Assembly: GCF_021028975.2 (NCBI RefSeq)
Contig: NC_059436.1
Span: 2,852,001-2,916,000, forward strand
DNA from: Sphaerodactylus townsendi
Lineage: Eukaryota
Length of the DNA stretch: 64,000 nt
Direction of reading: 5' to 3'
Under the pieces are notes generated by a model. That model had not been told where the DNA came from and did not search any database. It was given only the letters and a program-made list of their open reading frames with translations. Position numbers and translations under genes: made by a program. Every line of letters starts with the position of its first letter. The first letter of the stretch is position 1. Positions 1-12,049 of the stretch are shown in pieces.

Positions 1-486
1 GAAACAGAAGGGATGAGACATTCAAAATCACTCCTAGTTGTGAGTTGAATTCATGACATATTTCAGTCTTCTGGGTACTTCAGGGAACCCTTAGCTAATC
101 TGAAATGCATGGCTACCACAAAGAATGATTCCTTCCTAACAAAGCCTTGAGAATACAAAGGCAGGCAAGGACAAAATTATGATGCAGTAAACAAAGCATT
201 GAATTTGGGTATATGAAACCTTCTACTAAAGAAGGTAAATGGATGTCTAGACTCTGTCACTTCAAACTGAAGACATGACTGAATGCTCTTCAATATAAGA
301 AAGATCACCTCCAACACAACATAGGAAGAGCTGGCTGCATCAGGTCAAAAGATTTACCTAGTTCAACTTCCTGCTTCCCATAGTGGCCACCCAAACGGCC
401 CAGAAAGCCTACAAGTAGAGTTTCTAACCTCCAGGTGGACTCTGGAAATCTTCCACAAATACAACTAATCTTCACACTTTAAAAAT

Positions 487-620
487 CAGTTACTCTGGAG
501 AAAATGGCTACTTTGGAAAGTTGGTCTGTATGGCAATATGTTGTAACCCATCCAGAGCACTTCGGGGATGGGGCAGGATGTTAATCCAACAAACAAACAA
601 ACAAACAAACAAACAAACAA
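487..620 (+). mobile_element. L2-type LINE 3' tail ending in (AAAC)n
   Basis: The 'tgtaacccatccagagcacttcggggatggggcagg' stem-loop is followed by (AAAC)~8 at 587-620, the same architecture as the L2 ends at ~5930-6000 and ~54730-54795. It sits inside a MITE fragment (~418-665). Confidence 0.5.
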
Positions 621-807
621 ATATTTATGCCCCACTGAATGCCCCAACAAAGAGTTGGCAACCTTTTCTACTGACATGGCATGGGAGGATTCCTATTGTT
701 GCCTCCCTAGCAACCGGCATTCATAAGGTATACCTCTTTTGAACACAAGAGGCCCCATTGAACCATCACAGTTAGTAGTCACTGATAAATCCATCAATTA
801 GTTTAAT

Positions 808-1172
808 GCAGTAATAGCATTGGGGTGGAAAGACAAAAAAATATGGTCAATGCAGAAATGGTTGGAATATATATGGGAGCAAATACAATTAGAAATTTTC
901 GACATCATGTCAAGAAATCAAATATGGCAAGAAAAACTAAAAGATATGAAGTGGATCTGGATGGAATTCAAAGACTGGTTAAACGAAATTGGAATTACAG
1001 AAGAAAAATGGATAAGAAGATTGAGAAGAATGGACCTGCTGCTGCGCATCTAAAGAAGAGAAGAAGAGGGCGGAGGGAAAAAAGGGGGGGGAAGGATATG
1101 GAGGATGAAATATACGATATACAATATAAATCTGTAATAATTCCAAAATATAAATAAAAATATTTTTTAAAA
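808..1172 (+). mobile_element. 5'-truncated L1/Tx1-clade LINE (ORF2 C-terminus, 3' UTR, A-rich tail)
   Basis: Open Trp-rich frame AVIALGWKDKKIWSMQKWLEYIWEQ...WMEFKDWL (808-1053) resembles non-mammalian L1 ORF2 C-termini. There is an AATAAA/A-rich tail and a 12-bp TSD aattagtttaat (796-807) / aatttgtttaat (1173-1184) with one mismatch. Confidence 0.7.
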
Positions 1173-1197
1173 AATTTGTTTAATCCCCTATAAAGCT

Positions 1198-1337
1198 ATA
1201 GTTTTAAGATTTGCATTTTAACTGGGGTTATTCGATTTGTTTTATTATGGTTGTTTTTTTTTGTTGTATTAACTGTCCTGGGCTCTTCGTAGTGCGGTTT
1301 ATCAAATCGAATAAATAAATAAAATAAAATAAATAAA
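1198..1337 (+). mobile_element. LINE (L2-like) 3' UTR remnant with (AAAT)n tail
   Basis: T-rich 3' UTR, 'ctgtcctgggctcttcgtagtgcggtt' stem-loop and aataaataaa tail; taaagct is repeated on both flanks. Confidence 0.45.
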
Positions 1338-1784
1338 GCTTTAAAATAATCTAAGCGTCATTTGGTAATACTGGTCCATAAAAATTTGTGCACTGTGTGA
1401 CTATATTCTCTTTTCAGTGACACCCCCCCCCCCACACACACACTAATAGAATGAAAACTATCATGTCCAACAGAAGGATTCCAGCTTAGCTTTTTCTGTG
1501 CTCACTAGTTTTTTCATGTGCAGACTTTTTCCAGTACAGAAGAGCATTTTAATATATGGGCCTTCACCTGCAATCTGCAGAGGTATAACCCAGACACAGA
1601 TTTATCGTCTGTGTTCTAGACTCCAGATCAGTTTGAAACATGGAATTCAGTGTTTGGTCCTAGACATGATGTGCTTTTCCTCTCAGAGTGGTTTTTACAT
1701 ATCACTCGATTTCTTGATGCCTGATTAGCTATGTGTGTGAACGGACTTGGTATGTGGTCTTCCTCAAGCTGATCACAGTTTCTT

Positions 1785-2000
1785 ATTTATTTTATCTATT
1801 TTATCCTGCTTTTCTCCCTTGTGAAGACTCAAAACAATGCATCACACCCCGCCCCCCAACGTAATCCTCACATCAAAAACCCTGGGAGGTACATTAGATT
1901 AAGAGATTGAGACCAGCCCAAGGTCACCCAGTAAACGTCCATGGCAGAACAGGGATTTGAACCCAATTATCCCAAGTCCCAGCCCAACACTTTAACTATG
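1785..2000 (-). mobile_element. tRNA/CORE-type SINE, old copy
   Basis: 'gaccagcccaaggtcacccagtaaacgtccatggcagaacagggatttgaaccc' is a reverse CORE segment plus B box. Similar old copies lie at ~10155-10295, ~14860-14970, ~19095-19185, ~30560-30710 and ~41340-41480. Confidence 0.65.
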
Positions 2001-4085
2001 ACTCTATGACAAGTCTCCAAAATTTCTACAGTTAGCTGGCATTGCTAAGTGTCTGGCTGTTCTATATAGGGAAGCAATTCTAGCACGGTGCTTGTAGGTG
2101 CCAAGTCCTCTATCGATGAGGATAGAGTCTACTTCCTAGAGTCTACTTCCTTCTCCCGCAAACCAAAAGCCAATCATGGCTCTCCTCCTCTTCATTGGAA
2201 CAGGAGGTGCTTCAAAAAATCCCAGAAAGCATCACCTTTATGACCAAGAAGCAACCATCTGGAAGCAACAATCTCCATAATAGGATGATGTTTGCTTGGA
2301 ATTTTCCAACATTCTTTGACTGGCATCATGACCATCTAACCACCAAGCCACACTAGCCTGCCAGGTGAACCCTTGTCTAAGTAAATGTAATCTTCCACAA
2401 ATCTTTCTCTGTCTCATCTTCTGTTCCGGTTAAAGGGGAAAGAACAGGCTACGGTATCATGTCAAAATGCATTTGGCATAGAAAGAGGAAGTCTTGTTAG
2501 GGTGACCTACGCTTTACATTTGTTGTGTACACATTGTTTCACTTTGATTGCCCCCTGCACTCCAATCCACAATCAAAATTCCACCTGCCCGCAGGAAACT
2601 GCCTCCACTTTATGCAGAATGAGAGTATCTGTCAGAAAATCCTCTCTTACTACCGTATAACTGAAGAGCAGCTACAGAATGTCATTCTGTCTTAGCCTGC
2701 CAAAACAGTTAAGAAGTCACTGAAGTATTTACAAGGGAAAGGGGGAGGTGGAACGCAATATGAATCACTTAATGTCTATATAACAATATTAATTGACCCA
2801 GGAACAAAATCGGAAGGGTTGTGTAAGGAGGACTAAGCTTCTACCACCACCAGTAGTTGGAGGACAGAAAAATTGGGTCAAATGTCACTGCTGGCATTAT
2901 GGCCTCTTGAGATCAGCAGCCACATAGCCTTTCCTCAATGTCATCATGCCAAGAAGAAAAGAGAGGGGGAAATGAATGCTTCGGGTATGAAGTTCCCACT
3001 TCTTTATGCACCTGCAGAATCTAATTTCCCCCCACGGTAAAATAAGGGTGCTTCAAACTGGGCAACTATGGGTTTTTTTCCTCTGGATAAAGGTGTTGTC
3101 TTTCTAACCTACCCTTTCTCCTCCTGCCATCAGCATGTATTATCAGGGATGCAGTCACAAGGTTAGCAAAGCTATTTTTCAGCTGCCGCAGTCCATACCC
3201 TCAAATGCTTGACAAATGAAAATAGGTTACCCTTGGTGTTCCGTGAGGTGAGCAAGCGCTAGCACAGCCCATAGCAAGTAAGGAACAGAGATCCTTTCAC
3301 AGAGGTCTCCAACCATGATCTGCCTGACAGGCTTGATTTGGCTGGAATAGAACAAAAACTTTACAGTCACCTTTAGTGTATGGTATTTTGTGGGCATTAT
3401 TGCCCGATTGTACATTTTTGCTTTTTAAAACTCCTATACCATCCTTCCATCCCAAACAGGATCTCTACAATTGCTTAACACCTAAGATAAAAACAGATGT
3501 GAAAGACAGGTACCATAAACCTAAGGATGAACAGATTCCCACAGCTTTGCCCCATTGATGGTTTGTTTTCTCTCCAGTCTTTGGTATTTCAACCAAAGAT
3601 CTTTTCACTGAAGTTCAGAAATTGAAGCCAATGAAGTGCTTAGAACCTTAAACAGTCATGAAGGCACATTTGACTGCACCATTGAGTAAGTGTACACCCA
3701 ATATGACACTTAGGACAACACTTCCCCAGAGAGAATGGACCTCTGTGGACACTAGAGAGAAATGGGTTAACAAACTTCATTTGGCAGCTCACAGGAAATC
3801 CAGTGGATTCAATCTAAGTAATCCAACTTTACAGGGGGCAGAGCCCCAATCTGAACACAAAATGCCATCTAATTAAAATCAACAACAACAAAATCAAAAC
3901 TCTTAAAATCAGTCACTAGTCAGATATAAGTCAGTCAGCTACATTCACCCACTTACCAGAGCATGAGCAAGGTGGGAGCCAGCCTAGTAATTCATTCTAG
4001 AGTCACAGGGCCACTACTGAAAAGGCCCTTCTTTTTGTCGTTACCTGCTACACCCTGAATTTAGAGGAACACAGTACACACACTT

Positions 4086-4298
4086 GGTGGTGGCGAACCT
4101 TTGGCACTCCAGGAAATTATGGCACTATACATTACTATCAATTGCCCCTGCCATAGGGCTGGATGGCCTAACAGCCGCGCAGGCTGATGGGGCAGGGGGC
4201 TGATGGAATTGTAGTCCATAACATCTGGAGTGCTGCCACCACCACCGAAATTGTAGAGTCCACACGATCTGGAGTGCCAAAGGTCACTAACACTACTG
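4086..4298. mobile_element. Palindromic hAT MITE, indel-rich rearranged copy
   Basis: Starts 'gtggtggcgaacctttggcactccag' and ends 'ctggagtgccaaaggt...ctactg'. Same family as the clean copy at 27077-27189. Confidence 0.75.
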
Positions 4299-4347
4299 AA
4301 GGAATAGTTCTGAAATAGTCTGGTTGCAGATGATTAAACACATCTTA

Positions 4348-4701
4348 CAGTTCCATTGAAGGGGTCAGGCACCCAGCTGTGGTCACACTGGGCTGCCGCC
4401 CCCAAAGAGGCTTTCTGGTGGAGTGGTGAGGTTTAAATGGTGAAAAACCTTCACCCTGCCAGAAAACCTCTACTGAGCTGAATAGACTTATGGACTCTTT
4501 TTGGTGGTGTAAGTCATCCATCCTGGTCACTGGCACAACAAGGCAAATAGCTGGGAGGGAGCAGACTAAAGTTGGCTCCTCCCCCAGCCATACCCCCAGC
4601 ATGCCCCTGTTGCCCCACATCCAGTCTCCAGGAAGGGCACCGGCACAGCCATGTGCTGCTCCCATGGGCAGATTCACCCCCCCACCCTTTGGATGGGGCC
4701 T
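4348..4701. mobile_element. Non-autonomous TIR element (PIF/Harbinger-like, 3-bp TSD)
   Basis: TTA on both flanks (4345-4347, 4702-4704). Internal sequence is homologous to ~46030-46460 ('ggagggagc..a.ta..gttggctcctcccc', 'ggcagattcac'). Confidence 0.55.
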
Positions 4702-4756
4702 TTAGTCTATTAATTGCATGATTTTAATTAATTAAATCTACATATACTTGCAGTTC

Positions 4757-4975
4757 TGACCTAGATGGCCCAGGCTAGCCTGATCACATCAGATCATGGA
4801 AGCTAAGCAAAGCCAGCCTTGCTTAGCACTTGGATGGAAGACTGTTAATGAACGGAAGGGCTGTTATGCAGAGGCTAGCAGCAGTGGCAAACCACCTCTG
4901 TTTGTCTCTTGCCCTGAAAACCCTTCAAAGTTATCTTAAGTCCACTGCAACTTGACAGTATTTTCCACCACCACA
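4757..4975 (+). mobile_element. 5S rRNA-derived SINE with Sauria/BovB-type tail
   Basis: Head 'gcctgatcacatcagatcatggaagctaagcaaagccagccttgcttagcacttggatggaagac' aligns to 5S rRNA (A box AGCTAAGC, C box TGGATGG). Tail is 'ggcaaaccacctctg...caacttgacagtattttccaccaccac'. Confidence 0.8.
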
Positions 4976-5559
4976 CGTTATCCAGCCATGACTTATTAAA
5001 TGTTGCGGCCCTAAATTTTATTTGCACATCACATTTCCTTCAGAAAGCTCAGAACAATCTTGTAGACTTACAACAACTGGTAACCAGGCACTTTTGAGGT
5101 TCAGTTGAAACATCTAACAACCTAACTTAACTGGGAGCGTTAATTATTTTGATTTCTCATACATTTATTTAATTTACATTATGTTACACAAGATTTTATT
5201 CCCACTATCCCTCAAATATTCCCCTCTTTACTTTACTGGAAGTCCCACTTCAAGTTATTAGCCTGCTTGAATTCTGTGTCATATAATATTAGGAATTTTC
5301 AGAATATGTTACCGAATGTTCGTGGTAGAAGCAGCACTTAGATTTGATAGTTTAATGTGTTGATTTGCTTTATTCATATCACAACATTCTTCCCAATGGA
5401 GACCCAAAGCACCTCACATCGTTTTCCTGTCCTCCATTTTATCCTATCCTTGTTTAAAGGAATTTGTTTGAAAAACATTCCTGGTCCTGATCATTTGATT
5501 GTATATAATAATAGCATACTGTTACCCACCCTGGGTCTAGAATTGGGCATATGCATATT

Positions 5560-6000
5560 TTAAATATAGCTCCTCTGCTCCTCGGAGGAGGACCTACTGG
5601 TGATCCCTGGTCCAAAAGCGATCGGGCTGGCCTCTACAAGGGCCAGGGCCTTTACAGCCCTGGCCCCCACCTGGTGAAACAAGCTCCCAAAGGAGATCAG
5701 GGCCCTGCTGGACTTGCAGAGTTTCTGCAGGGCCTGCAAGATGGACCTGTTCCACCAGGTATTTGGTCAGCCTGGTTAAGTACATCTATCATTCTATCTG
5801 GCCTCCCGTGGGCATGAGGGTGGGGAGGGGAGAGACATACACCATCTGTATTTATATTATATGGTTCTGGTTTTATTGAGTGTATACTGAGCTGATTTTA
5901 TACTATGTTTTAAAGTATGTTTTAAAATTGTTGTTCACCACACTGAGCCCGTAGGGGGAGAGCAGTTTATAAGCCCAATAAATAATAATAATTAATAAAT
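5560..6000 (+). mobile_element. L2 LINE 3' end (ORF2 C-terminus plus 3' UTR)
   Basis: Translates LCSSEEDLLVIPGPKAIGLASTRARAFTALAPTW*NKLPKEIRALLDLQSFCRACKMDLFHQVFG, matching the L2 'RAFS..AP.LWN.LP..IR' motif. Followed by T-rich UTR, stem-loop and (AAT)n tail. Confidence 0.85.
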
Positions 6001-6957
6001 AAAAACATTTGCCATAATAAGCAACTTTTGGTCCAGTTTTGCGTAATGTAATGTTGTCCCTTGCAGGTGGGCTTGTGGTAGGTATTGGCCCTGCTATTTA
6101 GACATTTGTTGCCTCTGATTATGGAGGCTCCCTTTAGTTGTTAGTAGGAAGGAGAATTATTGGTGTTTTAAATTTTGTGGAACTTTCTAATTTAATGCCT
6201 TTGGGCTAGTGTCTCCTGGCTTTGTAAGCTGCACCGTGTCACTATCTGCAGCAAGAAATGCAGAATAAAACCCCGGCAGTTAATAAAAATAGTGAAGATT
6301 CACCTACTCGGCCTCTCTCAGTATCACTTCTGGTAAGGAAAGACCAGAAGGAAAAATGCCAATGTGTGTTTCAGACTACAGTACTCCACCAGAGATGACT
6401 GGGAAAAAGAAATCACTTTTAACTTTTTAGGAGTTTGATCTGGTAAGCTCTCTCTTTTTCTTTATTTCTTGAACTCATGTCTGGTTTTCTAACTCACGGG
6501 TTGTAGCAAGTGCTGCTGGTTACAGCCAGTTACTTGTTTGTTCTATAGATAGTTATTTGCCACTCTAACACTCGCTAGGAACAAAGGATCTCCAAGGAAA
6601 ACTGGCTTGTTTTTGCACTCCGATGAAAATCTGACACCATTAATAAAAATAATAATTGAACTCTATGGGCTTGGATTGAAAATGAAACACTATACTAACA
6701 GCATGCTTGTAATTGTAGTTGTTCTTCCAAAAAGTCTTTGGAGAGCTCTTTGCAATATGAGCAGTTTCCCTTCTCCTTGTAGGCTTTCCCTTCCTTTTCT
6801 TCCCTCACACCACCCCTCAAAAAAAGAACCTTGAAAAACAACATATTACTACCACCCACTTGAAACACAGTCCTTTTCATCATAATTTCACAGTGGTAAA
6901 TGAAGCCTGGTTTACACATACAGTAATAGAAGGTGGGAATGAAGTAGTAGAACCCTA

Positions 6958-7172
6958 AGTAGCATTGCCAAATCTGGGTTAGAAAATTCCAGAAGATTTG
7001 GGTGGTGAAGTCTAGGGATGATGGGGTTTGAGGAAAAGAGGGACCTTTGTGGGATATAATGTTACATAGTCCAAAGCAGTAATTTTTTCCTGAGGAAATT
7101 ATCACTGCAGTCTGGAGATCCGTTGTAATTCCAGTAGATCGCCAGGTCCCTCTTGAAATTTGGCTACCCTAG
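6958..7172. mobile_element. Abundant MITE family with 'tagggttgcca...tggcaacccta' termini
   Basis: Imperfect TIRs and shared core 'ctggagatc..ttgtaattcca'. Further copies or fragments at ~418-665, 10043-10140, 15932-16717, 22300-22765, 49565-49655, 58035-58238, 59785-60025 and 63360-63505. Confidence 0.65.
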
Positions 7173-7491
7173 CCCTAAGATGGGTCAATGGACAGTACCA
7201 CATTTTTAATTGTCTTTATTTAGGTATCATACATATATTTAAAAAGACATGCATGGTCTACATTTGCAGTCCAGCTCCCTGCTCCCAACCATATTACTTG
7301 AAATTAAGTCCAAAATAAATCCATGGAATACAGAGGAAAGACCTCATCATCACTGCGAACGACGGCCAATCAAACTAGCACCAATAAAAACTGTATTTTC
7401 ATGTTAGAAACAGTAACACAATTCTTCTCACAAAGTGCACAGCCGTACCTTCCTTCAACAAATGGGAAATCACCTCAGAAGGATCAACATC

Positions 7492-7632
7492 GGCTCATTC
7501 CGCACATGCAGAATAATGCACTTTCAAACTGCTTTCAGTGCTCTTTGAAGCTGTGCGGAATAGCAAAATCCACTTGCAAACAGTTGTGAAAGTGGTTTGA
7601 AAACGCATTATTTTGCGTGTGCTGAAGGGCCC
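7492..7632. mobile_element. PIF/Harbinger-like MITE
   Basis: ~45-bp imperfect TIRs 'ggctcattccgcacatgcagaataatgcactttcaaactgctttca' / 'tgaaagtggtttgaaaacgcattattttgcgtgtgctgaagggccc', with atc on both flanks. Confidence 0.75.
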
Positions 7633-9477
7633 ATCGTCATGGAGGCTTCTGAAACAATCTCCCATTTTGTGCTAGGAAGGCTGACTGCTAACTGAATGGA
7701 AGCTGCCTCTTTGGCTACGGTGCTGTTGACTATATTAGCCCACTACCAGTGTCATGTGTACCAGCTCTTCATACACTAGAACTGCAGGCTGATCTGAGCT
7801 CTGAAGTCAGGCCTAGTTAGATACCCCTCGACATGGTACCAGACCCATAGCTGACTGGGAGTTGGGGTTTGTCCCTGGTAACCAATTTCTCTGGCAAGGT
7901 TGACTTCCCAGGGCTCAAATGAAATAGGTTCAGTGATAATGAGCCCAGCTGCACTGCCATCAGGTGATAAGAGTTCCTGAAGCTCTGCTGTGCATTGGCA
8001 AGGATCCTGCAAGGAAGTATTACTTTCAGTGTCCTGCTATAGTCCTACCATGGGGTTGTTTGCAACCAGCCTGGCACTTTGCCTCCTCTGAGTCACTTTA
8101 GCCTGGGCCTTCTTCCACCACCATTCCTATCAAGTGGAAGAGGGTCCTGGGTGGCTACAGGCTCAAGTTCTGACCAGAGGAGGCCTTGTGGCTGCCAAAG
8201 GCCAGCACAGTTTGCCTAGCAGATTCTGACAGGATGGTCACTGGAGCTGATGGTACAGCATCAGCTGGCTCCTCTATAGTGCTGGGACCTCCCTGGTTCT
8301 TCTGTTCCTCCTCTGTCACCAACTGTAGCTCTTTGGGCTTCTCCCCTGAATCATAGACACCAAGGAGGGCAAAGGAGGTCATGAAATGGTTGTCAAACCA
8401 ACAATATAACATCACTTTAAAAAAAACTGGAAGTGACACCCATCAACTCTAGGAATCACCGAAAACTCTATGGTTGTACCACAGAGTTTCTAGTGAGGAA
8501 GCCACAGATGACATGCAAAGGCCAGTAGATGACACAAAAAAGTTTAGAAACTCAGAAATGCATAAAATATATTTGTAGTATTGTATATTATCAATATGCT
8601 TTATTTTTTAAATACTATAGACACAATTTCTTTTTCAAAGTTAAAAGAAAAGAAAAAGAAAACATTCAGACTTCTCTGGAATGGAAGGCCAAAACATTTC
8701 ATGCAGATGCCCAGATTGTTGGGGGAAGGGTGGGTGCTGCACCTCTAACCCCAGTGATGTAGAAGGGATAACTGTACAATTGGGGGGGAGGGGAACAGCC
8801 ACAATCCCTACCTGGGCTACTAGTAAATTGATACAATATGCACTGTTCGAACTACATGGAAAACTGTGTGCCAGTAGGAAGAGGCTCAGAGGCACCCATA
8901 GTCCACAATACTGGAGACTGCCTTGAGCTCCCTAAGGATGAAAAGTAGCTAATAAATATTTTAAATAAACAGACAAATACAATCTCTGCTATGCTTGAGT
9001 CCCAAAGAAGGAAAGCAAAGGTCTACAGGAAAAAGAAATGCAGCCACTGACATATACCATTCCCCCCCCCCACCCCAATGTTTGCTTTTTTTAAAAAAAA
9101 AGTGAAGAATTGAATGTCAAAGACACAGAACCAAATTTTTCCTTGATAGCCTTAAAAGAAAGTGGTGCAATTATTGCACTACTTTTCTGTTTTTCCCCTC
9201 CTACAAAGGCTGCTGGGAAACTGTTGGAAGGCACATGCTACAGTGATTTTGCTGAAGGTTCAGCAGGCCTGGGTCAGGTCAACACTTGGATGACATATCG
9301 CCTGGGATCCTCAGGCATCTCAGCTTGAGCTCATGAAGGAAAAGAGGTAGGATTAAATGCCTTTGTACAAATAATTCCCTGTCAAGCCCAGAGAGCTATG
9401 TTTTCCTTGCTGGTCCAACAACGTAAAGGTCTTGTTTTTAACTTGCCTGTTAGCTGCTATTGATTTGGCTCTATCAG

Positions 9478-9646
9478 NNNNNNNNNNNNNNNNNNNNNNN
9501 NNNNNNNNNNNNNNNNNNNNNNNNNNNNNNNNNNNNNNNNNNNNNNNNNNNNNNNNNNNNNNNNNNNNNNNNNNNNNNNNNNNNNNNNNNNNNNNNNNNN
9601 NNNNNNNNNNNNNNNNNNNNNNNNNNNNNNNNNNNNNNNNNNNNNN
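9478..9646. other. Assembly gap (169 N)
   Basis: N-run. Other gaps are at 9912-10042, 11697-11876, 39484-39647 and 55387-55532. Confidence 1.
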
Positions 9647-9688
9647 CTACATTAAGCCCACAAGTTTCAGAATATCTCTTTTGAACAC

Positions 9689-9768
9689 TGAATGAATGAA
9701 TGAATGAATGAATGAATGAATGAATGAATGAATGAATGAATGAATGAATGAATGAATGAATGAATGAA
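9689..9768 (+). repeat. (TGAA)20 microsatellite
   Basis: Perfect tetranucleotide run. Confidence 0.98.
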
Positions 9769-10599
9769 TTTTGGCACTCCAGTCTACATTAAGCCTACAA
9801 ATGTGAAAATCATATCAATTACTCCATTCAAAAATAACAGGAACATACCCTCAAAAGCTCAAAGGTGAAAATGGGAATGCTTTTGTTTAATTTCTAATGT
9901 TTCCATACTTTNNNNNNNNNNNNNNNNNNNNNNNNNNNNNNNNNNNNNNNNNNNNNNNNNNNNNNNNNNNNNNNNNNNNNNNNNNNNNNNNNNNNNNNNN
10001 NNNNNNNNNNNNNNNNNNNNNNNNNNNNNNNNNNNNNNNNNNGATATTTGTGGGTGGATCCTAGGAATGAGGTTTGATGAGGGGAAAGTCCTCAGTGGGC
10101 TTAAATGCCATAGAGTCCACCCTCAGAACATTCAAAGTTGAAATAAAGAAACAGCCCTGTGATGTAGGTTAGGCTGAGAGAGAGAAAGGCAGGCAGGCAG
10201 GTAGACTGGCCCAAGGTCAACTAGGGAGCTTCCATGGCAGAGCAGAGAATCAACTCTGGGTCTCTGATTCCCATCAGACTACTATACCATGGTATCTCTG
10301 CTCAGTTCAGGCAGGAGTACCAGCTTCTAAACCAGTTTCCCTATTGGGCCCTTAACTGTGGCTTGATCTACAGCAATTAGCAGAAGTATTCATAGTATAG
10401 ATATCAGAGTTGTCACTAACTGCAGAAGATGAAGCTGCTCTTAATGCCACAGTGATAAGGGCCGGCTGAAAAGTTGCCCACTCGACCTGAGGGTATTCCC
10501 TGGGACACTCAGCCTTAAAGAAAAATGTTTGGGCAATCGACTTTAACAATTAATTTTTCATGAACAGCTTGCTAATACAGGAAAAGCTAAGCAAATGTG

Positions 10600-11300
10600 C
10601 CCCTCCCCATAGTGTTCAAAAGGCATTCACCAAGTCTCTCTCAAAGACAAAACTGGGGTAACGATACACCCAAGGCAGGTACAAGAAAACAGGGACTATC
10701 CCTGGAATAGTGAGAGGGCACACAGAACTCTGGTATCTGTCTGGAGAAGTCACGAGGTGCCTCAGCACATGCATTTACAACACAGTTCTCCATTTGGCTC
10801 CCCTGCCCGTTTCTTAGGTGGGGAAATAAGATGCAAAAAAATACATGACAAGGTGGCATTTCAGGCCAGTTTCTCAGAATCTACAAATGTCTTCATTGCA
10901 GGGAGGGGACTGTCAGGGGAATCATCAGAGACTGCCTCCCCTCACCCTGGCACTGCGGATTGCTTTGAAAACAACAAAACGTTCAACCTCAGCTGAGCCG
11001 GATAACTCCTCTACCTTTACAGCAAATCCCCCCTTCTCCTCCATATCTTTATGGAAGGCTGAACATTGAGCGCCAATTATGCCAATAACCCCCCCCCCTC
11101 TCCTTTTGCCATTGACTGGTCCATCGGTTTTTACTACGGCTGCCAGATGGTAGAGGCCAACCCGTTAAAAACTCTTGACTCTGCTATTTAATTCTGAACT
11201 TGGTAATAAGTTCTCTGCAACTCCTAGAGAGGCGGCAGCATGTACGTTCAGAGACAGAATCAAGGTTAGGAACCTATTTTACACCTGCCAGAGCAGATAA
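10600..11300. promoter_or_regulatory. Candidate conserved non-coding element
   Basis: No recognisable repeat, complex sequence, raised CpG, and E-box (cagatgg) and homeodomain (caatta, tttaatt) motifs. Conservation not tested. Confidence 0.25.
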
Positions 11301-12049
11301 CACTCAGAGAAGGGCTTTTGCTCTTACACAAGTCTGGAGCACTACCAGTCCCTAAACTGCAGTTATAGGGAATGGAATCTGCATTAATTTGCGAGGGGAG
11401 TCAATTTACGATCAAGCATCTTAGGTCCACATGCATTCCCACCACATGCGTATTTTCATGGCAAAATGTCTGTTCACTGGGTGGTTTTTACACCTATTGC
11501 ACTTATGGGTCCTAGTAACCGATGACCTTGAGTTTGAACACCAATGTAGCGTTAGACTCTGGTGACAGATTTATGGAGTGGCAGATACCAGCGCCTCTCC
11601 TTTCCCTAAGACAGGACAGCATCCAATGTTTGCTAGAATCATTAAACTAAAACTGACTTTTCACCTGCTCCCATACCATATGCAGCTGCAAAATTTNNNN
11701 NNNNNNNNNNNNNNNNNNNNNNNNNNNNNNNNNNNNNNNNNNNNNNNNNNNNNNNNNNNNNNNNNNNNNNNNNNNNNNNNNNNNNNNNNNNNNNNNNNNN
11801 NNNNNNNNNNNNNNNNNNNNNNNNNNNNNNNNNNNNNNNNNNNNNNNNNNNNNNNNNNNNNNNNNNNNNNNNNNNNATCTTGATGAGATCATTCACTTCC
11901 TTCTATAAACTGCTAAGTAAGTGTTAAAAAAAAAGCGTCCCCGAAAGAACATATGTGAAAAGGTATGTTTGATGCTGTACACAAATTCAAACAAATTCAA
12001 ACAAGCGGGCAAGATAGAAGAAAGTCAAGATCAATTTAGCAAAAGCACT

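Larger units (their letters stand above)
316..1415 (-). mobile_element. Decayed CR1 LINE 3' end (host of a nested insertion cluster)
   Basis: Pieces at ~316-417, ~670-807, ~1173-1197 and ~1345-1415 resemble the reverse-complement CR1 3' UTR/ORF2 end (e.g. 'aacataggaagagctggctgcatcagg...cccatagtggccac', 'aatttgtttaatcccc'). They are colinear but split by younger inserts. Confidence 0.6.

Noticed and set aside
4345-4677. Paralogous small proteins (MNLP...GEEPT) here and at 46184-46438
   Set aside because: The similarity reflects two copies of the same non-autonomous transposon, with frames not conserved.
9432-11896. ORFs containing X runs (also at ~39.3-39.7 kb and ~55.3-55.7 kb)
   Set aside because: Artefacts of reading through assembly gaps.
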